Shown piece by piece: positions 1 through 8,450 of a stretch of DNA of 20,000 bases. Positions within the stretch are counted from its first letter, which is position 1; every line of letters begins with the position of its first letter. Position numbers and translations under genes: made by a program. Source of the DNA: an uncultured virus (IMG/VR IMGVR_UViG_3300042554_000984) (taxonomy: Duplodnaviria > Heunggongvirae > Uroviricota > Caudoviricetes > Kyanoviridae); the IMG/VR virus record IMGVR_UViG_3300042554_000984, positions 54,550-74,549 of that record. One strand, 5' to 3'. A model generated the notes under the pieces. It was given only the letters and a program-made list of their open reading frames with translations. It did no database searches and was not told the origin of the DNA.

Positions 1-1
1 T

Positions 2-613
2 CTACGCAATCGTGTATCCCTTATGACCAAGGAAGAGAAGGCTGCATATCCAAGCAACTTCTATGCTCTTGCATGGAAATTCAAGAAACTCCTTGAGACA
101 GCCAAGACTCCAACCGAGATTGCCAAGGCCATCGTCGCTCTCTACGACATCCGCGAGAAGACGAAGGAAGACATGGTGAATCCAAAGTCCATCGATGAAG
201 CCGCAAGGATCATCTTCAAGGAAACAAACATCGACCTACAGTCGCTACTTGAAGAGAACCACGATGCCCGTCCGCTTATCGGAAAGTATGAACTAGACGG
301 AAAGCCCGTGTCATTCGAAAAGCCAGTCATGCCGATTGATGAAATCCTTGGATTCCCAATTTACAGAAATGGTGAAGACTTGTTCCTGACTCTTGAGGCA
401 AAGAAGACTAGCAGCGAGGATGGAGCAGCAGCCGTGGCTGTTCCTGCCAACAATGTCGGATCAGGAAACATCGCCGGTGTGTCGCCGGGTCAGGAACCGC
501 CGGGTCCAAAGGGTGGGTTCAAGGCATTGGCCAAGATGAAGAAGAAAAGGATCATGCAACTCAGGAGGGATTCAAAGACCCTCAATGTGATTGCCAAAGA
601 AGACAAGGAGTAA
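2..613 (+). CDS. Hypothetical phage protein, 5'-partial
   Basis: The frame of the 23..613 ORF has no stop back to position 2 (LRNRVSL-MTKEE...), so the gene probably starts upstream. Codon usage matches neighbouring genes. The 'PANNVGSGNIAG' motif resembles hypothetical proteins seen near the primase in T4-like phages (recall, not searched). Confidence 0.75.
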   Translation, partial: LRNRVSLMTKEEKAAYPSNFYALAWKFKKLLETAKTPTEIAKAIVALYDIREKTKEDMVNPKSIDEAARIIFKETNIDLQSLLEENHDARPLIGKYELDGKPVSFEKPVMPIDEILGFPIYRNGEDLFLTLEAKKTSSEDGAAAVAVPANNVGSGNIAGVSPGQEPPGPKGGFKALAKMKKKRIMQLRRDSKTLNVIAKEDKE

Positions 614-616
614 GAC

Positions 617-1507
617 ATGCTTTTTAGATGCTTTGCCGTGGTGTTGGGGGCAACCATCCTATTTGCAAATGGCTGCAAGAGCCTTCCTCCTGTCGAACCT
701 TCCACGGGTGCAGCATCCGCAACCCTCAATTCCGTGGTTGACAGAACCAACGATGAGGTGGCAAACATCAAGCGAGATGCCTTGGAGATCAAGGAAAATA
801 CCAAGAGTGCAATGCTGTCAAAGAGTGGACCAGAGATGGTGTTGGGCAAGATCGACAGCGAGGCAGACGCAATCGTTGCCTCTGCCAATGACATACAGAA
901 GGAAACCGCCAAACTCAAGAAACTCACGGCAGAGGTGACTAAACTTGAAAAGTCCCTGACTACCTTGAGGATTGCCATGGAAGAAGCCAAGGCCGCTGCA
1001 CTTGAACGGCTTTATGGCTACATCACTTTGTTCTGGGTAATCGGCTTCATCTTGATCGCGGCTGGCGCTGCGGTTGCGTTCTTTCTCAACAAGACATATG
1101 GTGGGATGTTGGCGCTCCTAGGTGCCCTGATGCTTGGGTTTGCCTCTGCATCGCATCGCTATCTTGACGAGATCGCCATGGTCGGTGCCATACTTCTTGT
1201 GGCAGGGTTCATCACGGCTGTGGGAATGATTGTCTGGTCAACCATCAACAGCAAGAGAAGCAGCATTGCCGTCAAGGAAATCGTGGAGATGATGCAGATT
1301 CTCAAGGAAACCATGACAGACGATGAGAGAAATCGAATCTTCGGGCCGGATGGGATTGCAAGCAAGGTGCAGTCCGATCTGACCAAGGAGATCATCGCAA
1401 AGGTCAAGGAGAAGAATGGTTTCAAGCGGCTTGAGGAAATCCGCAATGCCATGAAGGAGTCGGAGAAGACAGGAGCAACGGGGGCAGCACCGCCCGAGTC
1501 AAAGTGA
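617..1507 (+). CDS. Predicted lipoprotein with coiled coil and three TM helices (candidate spanin/holin-like envelope protein)
   Basis: RBS AAGGAG at 605-610. Signal peptide MLFRCFAVVLGATILFANG|C with Cys20 at 674-676. Helical heptad-like region at aa ~35-132, hydrophobic segments at aa ~134-157, ~161-179 and ~186-210, then a charged C-terminal tail. Confidence 0.8.
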   Translation: MLFRCFAVVLGATILFANGCKSLPPVEPSTGAASATLNSVVDRTNDEVANIKRDALEIKENTKSAMLSKSGPEMVLGKIDSEADAIVASANDIQKETAKLKKLTAEVTKLEKSLTTLRIAMEEAKAAALERLYGYITLFWVIGFILIAAGAAVAFFLNKTYGGMLALLGALMLGFASASHRYLDEIAMVGAILLVAGFITAVGMIVWSTINSKRSSIAVKEIVEMMQILKETMTDDERNRIFGPDGIASKVQSDLTKEIIAKVKEKNGFKRLEEIRNAMKESEKTGATGAAPPESK

Positions 1508-1630
1508 CGCTATGTATGCGTGACCGTTGCTGAAAATCCCACTTTTTCGGGCAGTTACAACAATTATTTTTGCGGCGAGAAAAAGAGGGCGGAAGTCAAC
1601 TTTTAGTGAGCGAATCGTTGAGATTTGCTG

Positions 1631-1658
1631 TTGACTGTCTTCGTTGGTGGTGTATACT
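1631..1658 (+). promoter_or_regulatory. Sigma70-like early promoter for the primase
   Basis: TTGACT (1631-1636), 16-bp spacer, TATACT (1653-1658), ending 11 nt before the ATG at 1670. Confidence 0.65.
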
Positions 1659-1669
1659 TTCCGAACCAC

Positions 1670-2710
1670 ATGAGCAACTACATCGACAGCAAGTACATCA
1701 ACATCATCTCCCCTAGGCTGCAACGCTTTGGGTGGAAGAAGCAGAGCCTTGCTGTCTGTCGATGCCCCATCTGTGGAGACAGCCAGAAGTCCAAGAGCAA
1801 GACGAGGTTCTACTTCTACGAGAAGAAGGGCGGATTCTTCGTCCGTTGCCACAATTGCGACTATGGCACCACCTTGGGGAAGTTCATCGAATACATCGAT
1901 CCGTTCGTGTACAAGCAGTACATGCTTGAGAAGTACCGTGATGGTCTTGAGGGTCGCCATGACGGAAAGGCCGATGCCGAGAAGCAGTTCAAGTTTGAAA
2001 AGCCCGTGTTCGAAAGCAAGCGCAGGGAACTTCTGCTTGAATCCCTTGAGCCCTTGACCGATCTGCCCGATGACCACAAGGCGGTGGAATTCGTCAGGAA
2101 CCGAAGGATTCCCGTGGAGCAATGGGAGAGGCTTTACTTCACGGAGGACTTTGGGTGGTGGGCCAAGCAAGTCGATCCCGAGATCGAATCCCCTCCCGAC
2201 GAGCGGTTGGTCATTCCAATCATGCGTGGCAATCGATTGGTTGCAGCACAGGGAAGATCGCTGTCTTCCACGGCTTCCGGCAGGATCATTCGCTACATCA
2301 CCATCAAGCGAGACAAGGACTTGCAGTCCATCTGGTTCGGCTTGGAGCGCATCGACAAGACCAAGCCCGTGATTGTGGTCGAAGGACCGCTCGATTCGCT
2401 GTTCCTTCCCAACTGCGTGGCAATGCTTGGAGCAAAGCACATCGGTGAACTGCCTGCGGAACTTGAGGGATGCAACATTACCTTTGCCCTTGACAATGAG
2501 CCAAGGAACAAGGAAGTGGTGGGAATTTATCAAAAACTCGTGGAAGACGGATACCGTGTCTGCTTCTGGCCTGAGAACATTCGGGTGAAGGACATCAACG
2601 ACATGGTGATTGCAGGACACGAACCCAAGGAAATTGAAAGAACGATACGGGAAAATTCGTCAAGTGGGCTGATTGCCAGACTGAAACTGTCCACATGGCG
2701 GCATACATGA
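1670..2710 (+). CDS. gp61: DNA primase, T4 gp61-like
   Basis: Zn-binding CPICGDS...CHNC motif and TOPRIM motifs VVEGPLDSLFL, DNEPRN, KDINDM. The N-terminus MSNYIDSKYINIISPRL is typical of the family, so the start is placed at ATG 1670 rather than TTG 1625, which overlaps the promoter. Confidence 0.95.
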   Translation: MSNYIDSKYINIISPRLQRFGWKKQSLAVCRCPICGDSQKSKSKTRFYFYEKKGGFFVRCHNCDYGTTLGKFIEYIDPFVYKQYMLEKYRDGLEGRHDGKADAEKQFKFEKPVFESKRRELLLESLEPLTDLPDDHKAVEFVRNRRIPVEQWERLYFTEDFGWWAKQVDPEIESPPDERLVIPIMRGNRLVAAQGRSLSSTASGRIIRYITIKRDKDLQSIWFGLERIDKTKPVIVVEGPLDSLFLPNCVAMLGAKHIGELPAELEGCNITFALDNEPRNKEVVGIYQKLVEDGYRVCFWPENIRVKDINDMVIAGHEPKEIERTIRENSSSGLIARLKLSTWRHT

Positions 2711-2711
2711 A

Positions 2712-2718
2712 CTAAATA
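2712..2718 (+). promoter_or_regulatory. T4-like late promoter motif CTAAATA
   Basis: Lies in the 13-nt intergenic gap, 5 nt before ATG 2724. Resembles the T4 gp55 consensus TATAAATA and recurs before other genes here. Confidence 0.7.
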
Positions 2719-2723
2719 CCAAC

Positions 2724-3461
2724 ATGAGCGAAGAATCAACAGAACAACCACAGAATGACGAAACAGAAGTTCAGTCCTCTCCCATTGGCGATCTGATCGA
2801 CCGTCTGCAAAGCAAGGACTTGATCGGAGGAAAGGACATGATTCGTTCCATCCTCTTCTCCAAGTTGAGGGGACGGCTAGACACCCTCAATTCAACTACG
2901 GCTCCTATCGATGGAATCGAAGTCAATGAACCCGAGGTTGAGATTGCTGAAAGCGGCGTTGGTGCTGCCCTGACTCCTGACAAGCAGGGAACCGCCCGTA
3001 GAGGATTCAAGCCTCACTACCGTCAGTTCCCGACCGAGTTCGTGTGGACCGCCGAGAAGGATGGTCAAATCATCGACACCGCAAAGATGAACGCCGAGAC
3101 TCTTGATCGGGCACAGGAAGCCATGAAGGAACTTGGCAAGATCATGGCCGAGAAGGGTGCGGAGGTCATCAAGATTCATGGTCGCGATGGCAAGGTTCTT
3201 TCGTCCATGAAAATCGGTGAGTCCGTGGAGGCCGGGGGGTGGAACCTAGGTGACTTGGACAAGATCACCGGAACAGGCAAGGCCATGGGTGCAAAGGTCA
3301 GCGACATGATGGTGAACATCCGCGAAAAGATCGTCAAGCGTGGCGAGAAGTTCGTCATCCTTTCCAAGGATGGCAGCAAGCAACTTGGCGAGTACGACAA
3401 CCTTGCGGATGCCGAGAAACGCCTGCGGCAGATTGAGTATTTCAAGCACATGAAGAAGTGA
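2724..3461 (+). CDS. Hypothetical late protein, possibly prohead core or internal head protein
   Basis: 245-aa ORF after CTAAATA. Acidic N-terminus, an amphipathic helix pair (IGDLIDRLQSKD...ILFSKLRGRLD), I-x-E sites between segments, and a small C-terminal domain IVKRGEKFVILSKDGSKQLGEY...RLRQIEYFKH. Confidence 0.75.
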   Translation: MSEESTEQPQNDETEVQSSPIGDLIDRLQSKDLIGGKDMIRSILFSKLRGRLDTLNSTTAPIDGIEVNEPEVEIAESGVGAALTPDKQGTARRGFKPHYRQFPTEFVWTAEKDGQIIDTAKMNAETLDRAQEAMKELGKIMAEKGAEVIKIHGRDGKVLSSMKIGESVEAGGWNLGDLDKITGTGKAMGAKVSDMMVNIREKIVKRGEKFVILSKDGSKQLGEYDNLADAEKRLRQIEYFKHMKK

Positions 3462-3475
3462 CAAGGAGATAGATC

Positions 3476-4219
3476 ATGCAAGTTACTGAAGTGTTGGGTG
3501 GGCGACCGAAGAGTGTCCTTGCTTTGGACAAGGGGTTCGTTGAATATATCGATCATCTTGGCGATGACCTGACCGTGGTGAATGCGGCTCGGGTTTCGTT
3601 CCACAAGGAAAGCAGTTGGGAGTGGGAGGATTCACATGTCCCCCGTGGTCATCTGTCCGAGAAGGACCAGAAACTCATCAAGTACCTTGCCAAGCACAAG
3701 CATTGGACACCTTTCGCTCACCCACAGGTGACGCTCCGAATCAAGGCTCCAATCTTCGTTCGGACGCAACTCTTCAAGCACAAGGTAGGATTCACCGAGA
3801 ACGAGGTTTCTCGTCGCTATATCTCTGAGCCGCCACAGGTCTATTACCCCCGTTGGCGTGGCAAGCCCACAAACGGCGCAAAGCAGGGTTCCGATGACTT
3901 TCTGCCCGTCAACGAAGAACTCAATACCATCAATCGACACTACGAGATGACGGTCAGGGAGTCTCTTCTGACCTATCACGAACTAATTGATCGTGGGGTT
4001 GCACCCGAGCAGGCACGGGCGGTCTTGCCGCAGGGAACCTACACGGAGTGGTGGTGGACTGGATCTTTGTCCGCATATGCCCGTGTGTATGCACAGCGCA
4101 TAGACGCACACGCACAATGGGAAGTTCAGCAGTATGCACAGGCCATCAATTTGATTATTGCGCCTTTGTTCAAGCATTCTTGGGCGGCACTCACGGAAAA
4201 GCCATCTGCGGGTATCTAA
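3476..4219 (+). CDS. thyX: Flavin-dependent thymidylate synthase ThyX
   Basis: RBS AAGGAG at 3463-3468. Motifs VVNAARVSF, HWTPFAH, APIFVRTQLFKHK...NEVSRRY, APEQARAVLPQ and HAQWEVQQYA are characteristic of ThyX. Confidence 0.95.
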   Translation: MQVTEVLGGRPKSVLALDKGFVEYIDHLGDDLTVVNAARVSFHKESSWEWEDSHVPRGHLSEKDQKLIKYLAKHKHWTPFAHPQVTLRIKAPIFVRTQLFKHKVGFTENEVSRRYISEPPQVYYPRWRGKPTNGAKQGSDDFLPVNEELNTINRHYEMTVRESLLTYHELIDRGVAPEQARAVLPQGTYTEWWWTGSLSAYARVYAQRIDAHAQWEVQQYAQAINLIIAPLFKHSWAALTEKPSAGI

Positions 4220-4222
4220 ATA
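4216..4222 (+). promoter_or_regulatory. T4-like late promoter motif CTAAATA
   Basis: Overlaps the thyX stop codon and sits 6 nt before ATG 4229; no SD between them. Confidence 0.7.
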
Positions 4223-4228
4223 CCTTGC

Positions 4229-5683
4229 ATGGCCAAATTCCGAGACTTCATAGGCAAGGAACCCGATCCCGAAGGGTTGGAAGAACTGTACAAGGAATTT
4301 CAGGAGTTCATGGAGGCTCCTGAGCCGGATGTAGTCTCGTCTGCAACATCCAAGCAAAAAATCCGAGTAGTGAGGGGTTCACCCGGCCCGAAGGGCGAAA
4401 AGGGTGACAAGGGAGACACCGGCGAACGGGGTCTTCGTGGTTTGCGTGGAATCACAGGCCCAAGGGGCGAAAGAGGTGACCGTGGCGAGAAGGGCGACAA
4501 GGGCGAGCGTGGCGAAAAGGGTCCGCAGGGCGAAAGAGGTCCGCAAGGCGAGGTCGGCCCCCGTGGGGAAAAAGGAAGTGACGGGAAAGCGGGTGCCCAA
4601 GGCACACCTGGACCCCAAGGTCTTCGTGGCGAAAAAGGTGACAAGGGAGACAGAGGAGAAGCAGGGCCGCAAGGACTGAAGGGGGTTGCTGGTCCCAAGG
4701 GGGACAAGGGAGAGAAGGGCGATGTAGGCCCACGGGGTATCGCTGGCCCCAAGGGAGACAAAGGAGATAAGGGCGATAAGGGAGACAAGGGTGAGCCGGG
4801 TCTTCAGGGAATCGCCGGAGTCGCGGGAGCCAAAGGAGAGAAGGGTGCTGTTGGTCCAGTTGGTCCGCAGGGCAAGCGTGGTTCCAAGGGACAAAAGGGT
4901 GACCGTGGAGAAAAGGGCGAGAAGGGTGATGTTGGTCCTGCCGGTCCACAAGGTGAGAAGGGTGCCACGGGAGACTCTGGCGTTCTTCATGCAATCTATC
5001 CACTCAAGTACGATCCCAAGTCAAAGACACTCAAGGTAGACCTTACCAACCTGAATCGCGGAACCACCGTACTGGGCAATCCCGGCGGCGGAATGGGTGA
5101 AGCATTCAAGTTCGTTGAAGTCGCAGGACAGCCCGGTCTTACTGCCATCCAGTATCAGGCAGAGACTCTTCGGTTCGATGCAGGCAACAATGTACAACTG
5201 ATCACCAACCCTGCGACGAACAGCATAACCATATCCTCTTCGGGCACGAACTTCTTCTATCAGCCCGATCCCCCGACATCGGGATTCACCGCCGGTTCAC
5301 GATGGATGGATTCGGATGATGGACAGGAGTACATCTACATCAATGACGGCAACACGCAGCAATGGGTGCAGCCCACGGTGAATCCTGCAATGGTGGTTGC
5401 CGTGACATCGGTAACGGGAAGCACATACCTAGCCACGGGTAGGGATCACTACATCGGTGTCAACGCAACCGGACCCGTGACGATAACTCTTCCTTCCCTG
5501 CCGTTCACGGGAAGGGAAATCATCGTCAAGGATGAGTCGGGTCGGGCAGGAGAGCCTTATCGATACATCACCATAGTCGGTGCAACGGCGGCAGACACGG
5601 TTGACAACCAAGAGTCCGCAACCATCAATCTAAATAACGCAGGACTGCATTTCATATACAACAATGGGTGGAGAATAGTATGA
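4229..5683 (+). CDS. Collagen-like virion fibre protein (charged G-X-Y)
   Basis: About 67 uninterrupted G-X-Y triplets (GEK, GDK, GPQ, GER), then a 'PP...GSRWMDSDDGQEYIY...QWV' module and a beta-rich C-terminal domain ending GWRIV. Confidence 0.88.
   Translation: MAKFRDFIGKEPDPEGLEELYKEFQEFMEAPEPDVVSSATSKQKIRVVRGSPGPKGEKGDKGDTGERGLRGLRGITGPRGERGDRGEKGDKGERGEKGPQGERGPQGEVGPRGEKGSDGKAGAQGTPGPQGLRGEKGDKGDRGEAGPQGLKGVAGPKGDKGEKGDVGPRGIAGPKGDKGDKGDKGDKGEPGLQGIAGVAGAKGEKGAVGPVGPQGKRGSKGQKGDRGEKGEKGDVGPAGPQGEKGATGDSGVLHAIYPLKYDPKSKTLKVDLTNLNRGTTVLGNPGGGMGEAFKFVEVAGQPGLTAIQYQAETLRFDAGNNVQLITNPATNSITISSSGTNFFYQPDPPTSGFTAGSRWMDSDDGQEYIYINDGNTQQWVQPTVNPAMVVAVTSVTGSTYLATGRDHYIGVNATGPVTITLPSLPFTGREIIVKDESGRAGEPYRYITIVGATAADTVDNQESATINLNNAGLHFIYNNGWRIV
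4376..4978 (+). repeat. Coding collagen (G-X-Y)n tract, ~67 triplets
   Basis: Gly at every third residue from aa 50 (GSP) to GDS, counted by hand. Confidence 0.95.
5630..5636 (+). promoter_or_regulatory. Possible internal late promoter CTAAATA
   Basis: Exact motif inside the 3' end of the collagen gene, 43 nt before ATG 5680, which has a GGAG SD at 5670-5673. Confidence 0.5.
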
Positions 5684-6915
5684 GTTACCTTTTCAACGAT
5701 CAAGTGCAATTCAAGGGAAATGCAGTAGATGCCTTCAACCGATTGAAAGTCTCTGCACCTTTCACGCTTTTCGACAGCCAGAATCGCTATCAGATGAACG
5801 ACAAGTGGGACACATTCGGTGCCACCGGAGGTACTGCCACATTCGCAGTACTTGAAAGCGCCATCAACATGACCGTGGGAACAACGGCAGGAAGCAAGGT
5901 CACACGGGAAACCAAGAGGGTGTTCCCCTACCAACCCGGCAAGTCCCTGCTCGTCCTCAACACCTTTGCAATGAACACTCCCAAGGATGGTCTGTTGCAG
6001 CGGGTAGGGTATTTCGGCATCACGGGAGGGGCGACCGCATCCGTTCCCTTCAATGGCATCTACTTGCAGCAAGACGGGCTCACGATGTCCATGTGCTTGG
6101 CTAGTGCGTCACTTGGCAACACAATCACGGTCAATCAGTCAAATTGGAATGGAGACAAGTTCGATGGAAACGGAGAGTCGGGAAGGACTCTTGATCCAAC
6201 CAAGGGAAACATAATGTGGATGGACATTGAATGGCTCGGTGTCGGTGATGTGAGGACAGGGTTCATTGTAGATGGACGGCCAATCGTTGCCCATACATTC
6301 CACAACGACAACCTGAATCCAACGACCTACATGACAACGGCGATATTGCCGATTCGGTATGAACTGATGAATACCAAGGGGCAGACCGGAAGCAGCACGA
6401 TGAAGCAGATATGCTCATCCGTGATAAGCGAGGGTGGATATGAAGGATTCAGCCGCAGACACAATGTCACCCATAACGGAGCAACCCTAAAGACCCTGAC
6501 CACGGCGGGGGTGCAGTATCCGATCATCGCACTTCGACTCAATTCCAATCGGCTCGACAGCGTTGTGGTTCCTTCCAACATCAATGCCGTGATTCAGGAA
6601 ACCAGCAACAACAAGCCCAACACGGCACAGTATCGCATACTGTTCAACCCATCGATAAGCGGCGGTTCATGGGTCACCCACTACAACGGAAATGTTGACT
6701 ACAACAACACAATGGCAAGCATAACTGGTGGAACCGACATCATAGGCGGATACATCAGCAGCAGCGGATCTTTGGTAATATCGGATGTCAATGACTTCAA
6801 TTTCCAAATCGGAAGAACCCAACTTGGAGTTAGCGATGTGATCGTGTTCACCATGACACCAATCTATGATGGTGCAAAGATATGCGCTGACTTCTCTTGG
6901 TTTGAGATCATCTGA
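5680..6915 (+). CDS. Beta-rich hypothetical protein, probably virion-associated
   Basis: Long ORF. ATG 5680 overlaps the upstream TGA (ATGA) and has a GGAG SD, so it is preferred over GTG 5668. Motifs [23 protein letters not shown] and DIEWLGVG recall a conserved hypothetical family of aquatic phages (recall). Confidence 0.82.
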   Translation: MSYLFNDQVQFKGNAVDAFNRLKVSAPFTLFDSQNRYQMNDKWDTFGATGGTATFAVLESAINMTVGTTAGSKVTRETKRVFPYQPGKSLLVLNTFAMNTPKDGLLQRVGYFGITGGATASVPFNGIYLQQDGLTMSMCLASASLGNTITVNQSNWNGDKFDGNGESGRTLDPTKGNIMWMDIEWLGVGDVRTGFIVDGRPIVAHTFHNDNLNPTTYMTTAILPIRYELMNTKGQTGSSTMKQICSSVISEGGYEGFSRRHNVTHNGATLKTLTTAGVQYPIIALRLNSNRLDSVVVPSNINAVIQETSNNKPNTAQYRILFNPSISGGSWVTHYNGNVDYNNTMASITGGTDIIGGYISSSGSLVISDVNDFNFQIGRTQLGVSDVIVFTMTPIYDGAKICADFSWFEII

Positions 6916-8450
6916 TGCCCTTGGACTTTCCGTCGAATCCCTTCCTAAACCAGGTCTATGCTGCCAATGGCAAGGCTTGGCGATGGAACGGAGCCGCATG
7001 GGAGACACACAACGCATCCCTTACGGTTGATTATGTCTCGGACATTAACGGCATATCCGGCAGCGTATCACTCACGGCTGGTGCAAATGTAACCATCACG
7101 AAGTCGGGACAGACCCTGACAATTGCGTCTAGCGGAGGCGGCGGTGGAGGAACAGGAAGCGGCGCAAATGGTGCCACAGGAGCAACAGGTGCTACTGGTC
7201 CTGTGGGTGCCACAGGTCCGCAGGGTGCTACTGGTTCCACGGGTCCGCAGGGTGCCACGGGTACACAAGGCCCAACAGGCCCACAGGGTGCAACGGGTAC
7301 ACAAGGCCCAACAGGCCCACAGGGTGCAACAGGTCCTCAAGGAGAAATTGGCCCTCAAGGCATTCAGGGTGAAAGTTTTTACTTTAGAGGCCCTTACGGT
7401 GGTTCAGAGATTGTTTATAATCTCAATGATGTAGTTACATTCATTGGCAATTCTTATATTTGTTTAACTAATGGTCTTACTGGCTCTCAACCAGATTCTT
7501 TAGTGGGTTGGGATGTATTTGTAGAAAAGGGTTCAACTGGCCCACAGGGTGCAACAGGTCCGCAAGGTGCAACTGGTGCAAATTCAACTGTTCCCGGCCC
7601 AACAGGCCCAACAGGTCTGCAAGGTGCAACGGGCTCACAGGGTGCAACGGGTACACAAGGCCCAACAGGCCCACAGGGTGCAACGGGTACACAAGGATCA
7701 ACAGGCCCACAGGGTGCAACAGGTCCGCAAGGTGCAACGGGCTCACAGGGTGCCACGGGTGCTACAGGAAGAATAGCGTTCACCTATGGTGCAACTGCTC
7801 CATCTTCGCCTCAAATGGGAGATCAATGGCTCAATGAAGTCAATGGAAATCTTTATACTTGGCTGGTCGATGAGGGAGAAGGAACAGGCCAATGGGTCAA
7901 CTACAACACAAGCATCACGACAATAGGTGGCGATGGTGCAACAGGAGTCAACAAATTTACCTACAGTTCTATGGAACCAACTGGTTCCACATCTGGAGAT
8001 GAATGGCTGAATTCTGTTGACGGGAAACTCTACACCTACCTTGTGGATGCAGGCGAAGTGACAGGACAATGGGTAGAACTTTCCGTGATTCCCGATGCCA
8101 TAAACACATCGTTCCGTGGACCATCAGGAAACACCTTGGGACCATTGACATTCTCTCAGCAGGCTACATCCGACTATACGCTTGTCATTGGTGATTCTGC
8201 CAAGACCATAGAGATGGTATATGGTTCTGCCAACACATTGCAGATTCCCTCATACTCCAATGTTGCATTCCCCACGGGTACTCAGATCATGGTCATGCAG
8301 GCTGGGGCAGGGAACACATCATTGACAGGGGCTGCCGGTGTTACCCTGAATTCAAGAAATTCAATGTTTTCTCTGAACGGCCAATGGTCGGTCGTGACTC
8401 TTGTAAATAGGTCAATAGATACTTGGGTCGTACACGGAGACTTGGCCTGA
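6915..8450 (+). CDS. Collagen-like fibre protein (G-X-T/G-P-Q type) with an inserted small domain
   Basis: TGATG coupling to the upstream gene. N-terminal MPLDFPSNP...WRWNGAAW module, two Thr-rich collagen tracts, two 'P...GD(Q/E)WLN...G.LYT.LVD.GE.TGQWV' repeats, and a C-terminal beta domain ending WVVHGDLA. Confidence 0.88.
   Translation: MPLDFPSNPFLNQVYAANGKAWRWNGAAWETHNASLTVDYVSDINGISGSVSLTAGANVTITKSGQTLTIASSGGGGGGTGSGANGATGATGATGPVGATGPQGATGSTGPQGATGTQGPTGPQGATGTQGPTGPQGATGPQGEIGPQGIQGESFYFRGPYGGSEIVYNLNDVVTFIGNSYICLTNGLTGSQPDSLVGWDVFVEKGSTGPQGATGPQGATGANSTVPGPTGPTGLQGATGSQGATGTQGPTGPQGATGTQGSTGPQGATGPQGATGSQGATGATGRIAFTYGATAPSSPQMGDQWLNEVNGNLYTWLVDEGEGTGQWVNYNTSITTIGGDGATGVNKFTYSSMEPTGSTSGDEWLNSVDGKLYTYLVDAGEVTGQWVELSVIPDAINTSFRGPSGNTLGPLTFSQQATSDYTLVIGDSAKTIEMVYGSANTLQIPSYSNVAFPTGTQIMVMQAGAGNTSLTGAAGVTLNSRNSMFSLNGQWSVVTLVNRSIDTWVVHGDLA
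7161..7775 (+). repeat. Two coding collagen tracts (7161-7376 and ~7530-7775) with 36-bp tandem units
   Basis: The first tract has 24 triplets. The unit ACGGGTACACAAGGCCCAACAGGCCCACAGGGTGCA is tandem at 7257 and 7293. An identical 49-mer occurs at 7282-7330 and 7636-7684. Confidence 0.9.

Noticed and set aside
1499..2620. 373-aa antisense ORF opposite the primase, and the other minus-strand ORFs
   Set aside because: They lie opposite well-supported + strand genes, have no recognisable motifs, and are expected from codon bias and low-complexity repeats.
1670..4219. Intron, intein or homing endonuclease in the primase or thyX
   Set aside because: Both ORFs are continuous, of ordinary length, and lack intein or endonuclease motifs.
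4300..5039. Pro/Ser-rich or Arg-rich alternative-frame ORFs over the collagen tract
   Set aside because: Reading-frame shadows of GGN-periodic DNA; the same applies at 7031-7837.
7257..7720. 36-bp repeats as a possible CRISPR array
   Set aside because: The units are tandem, in frame and encode G-X-Y. There are no unique spacers and no cas genes.
1625..8449. Track start codons at 1625, 5668 and 8423
   Set aside because: Downstream ATGs at 1670, 5680 and 8450 fit better with promoter position, SD sequences and stop-start coupling.
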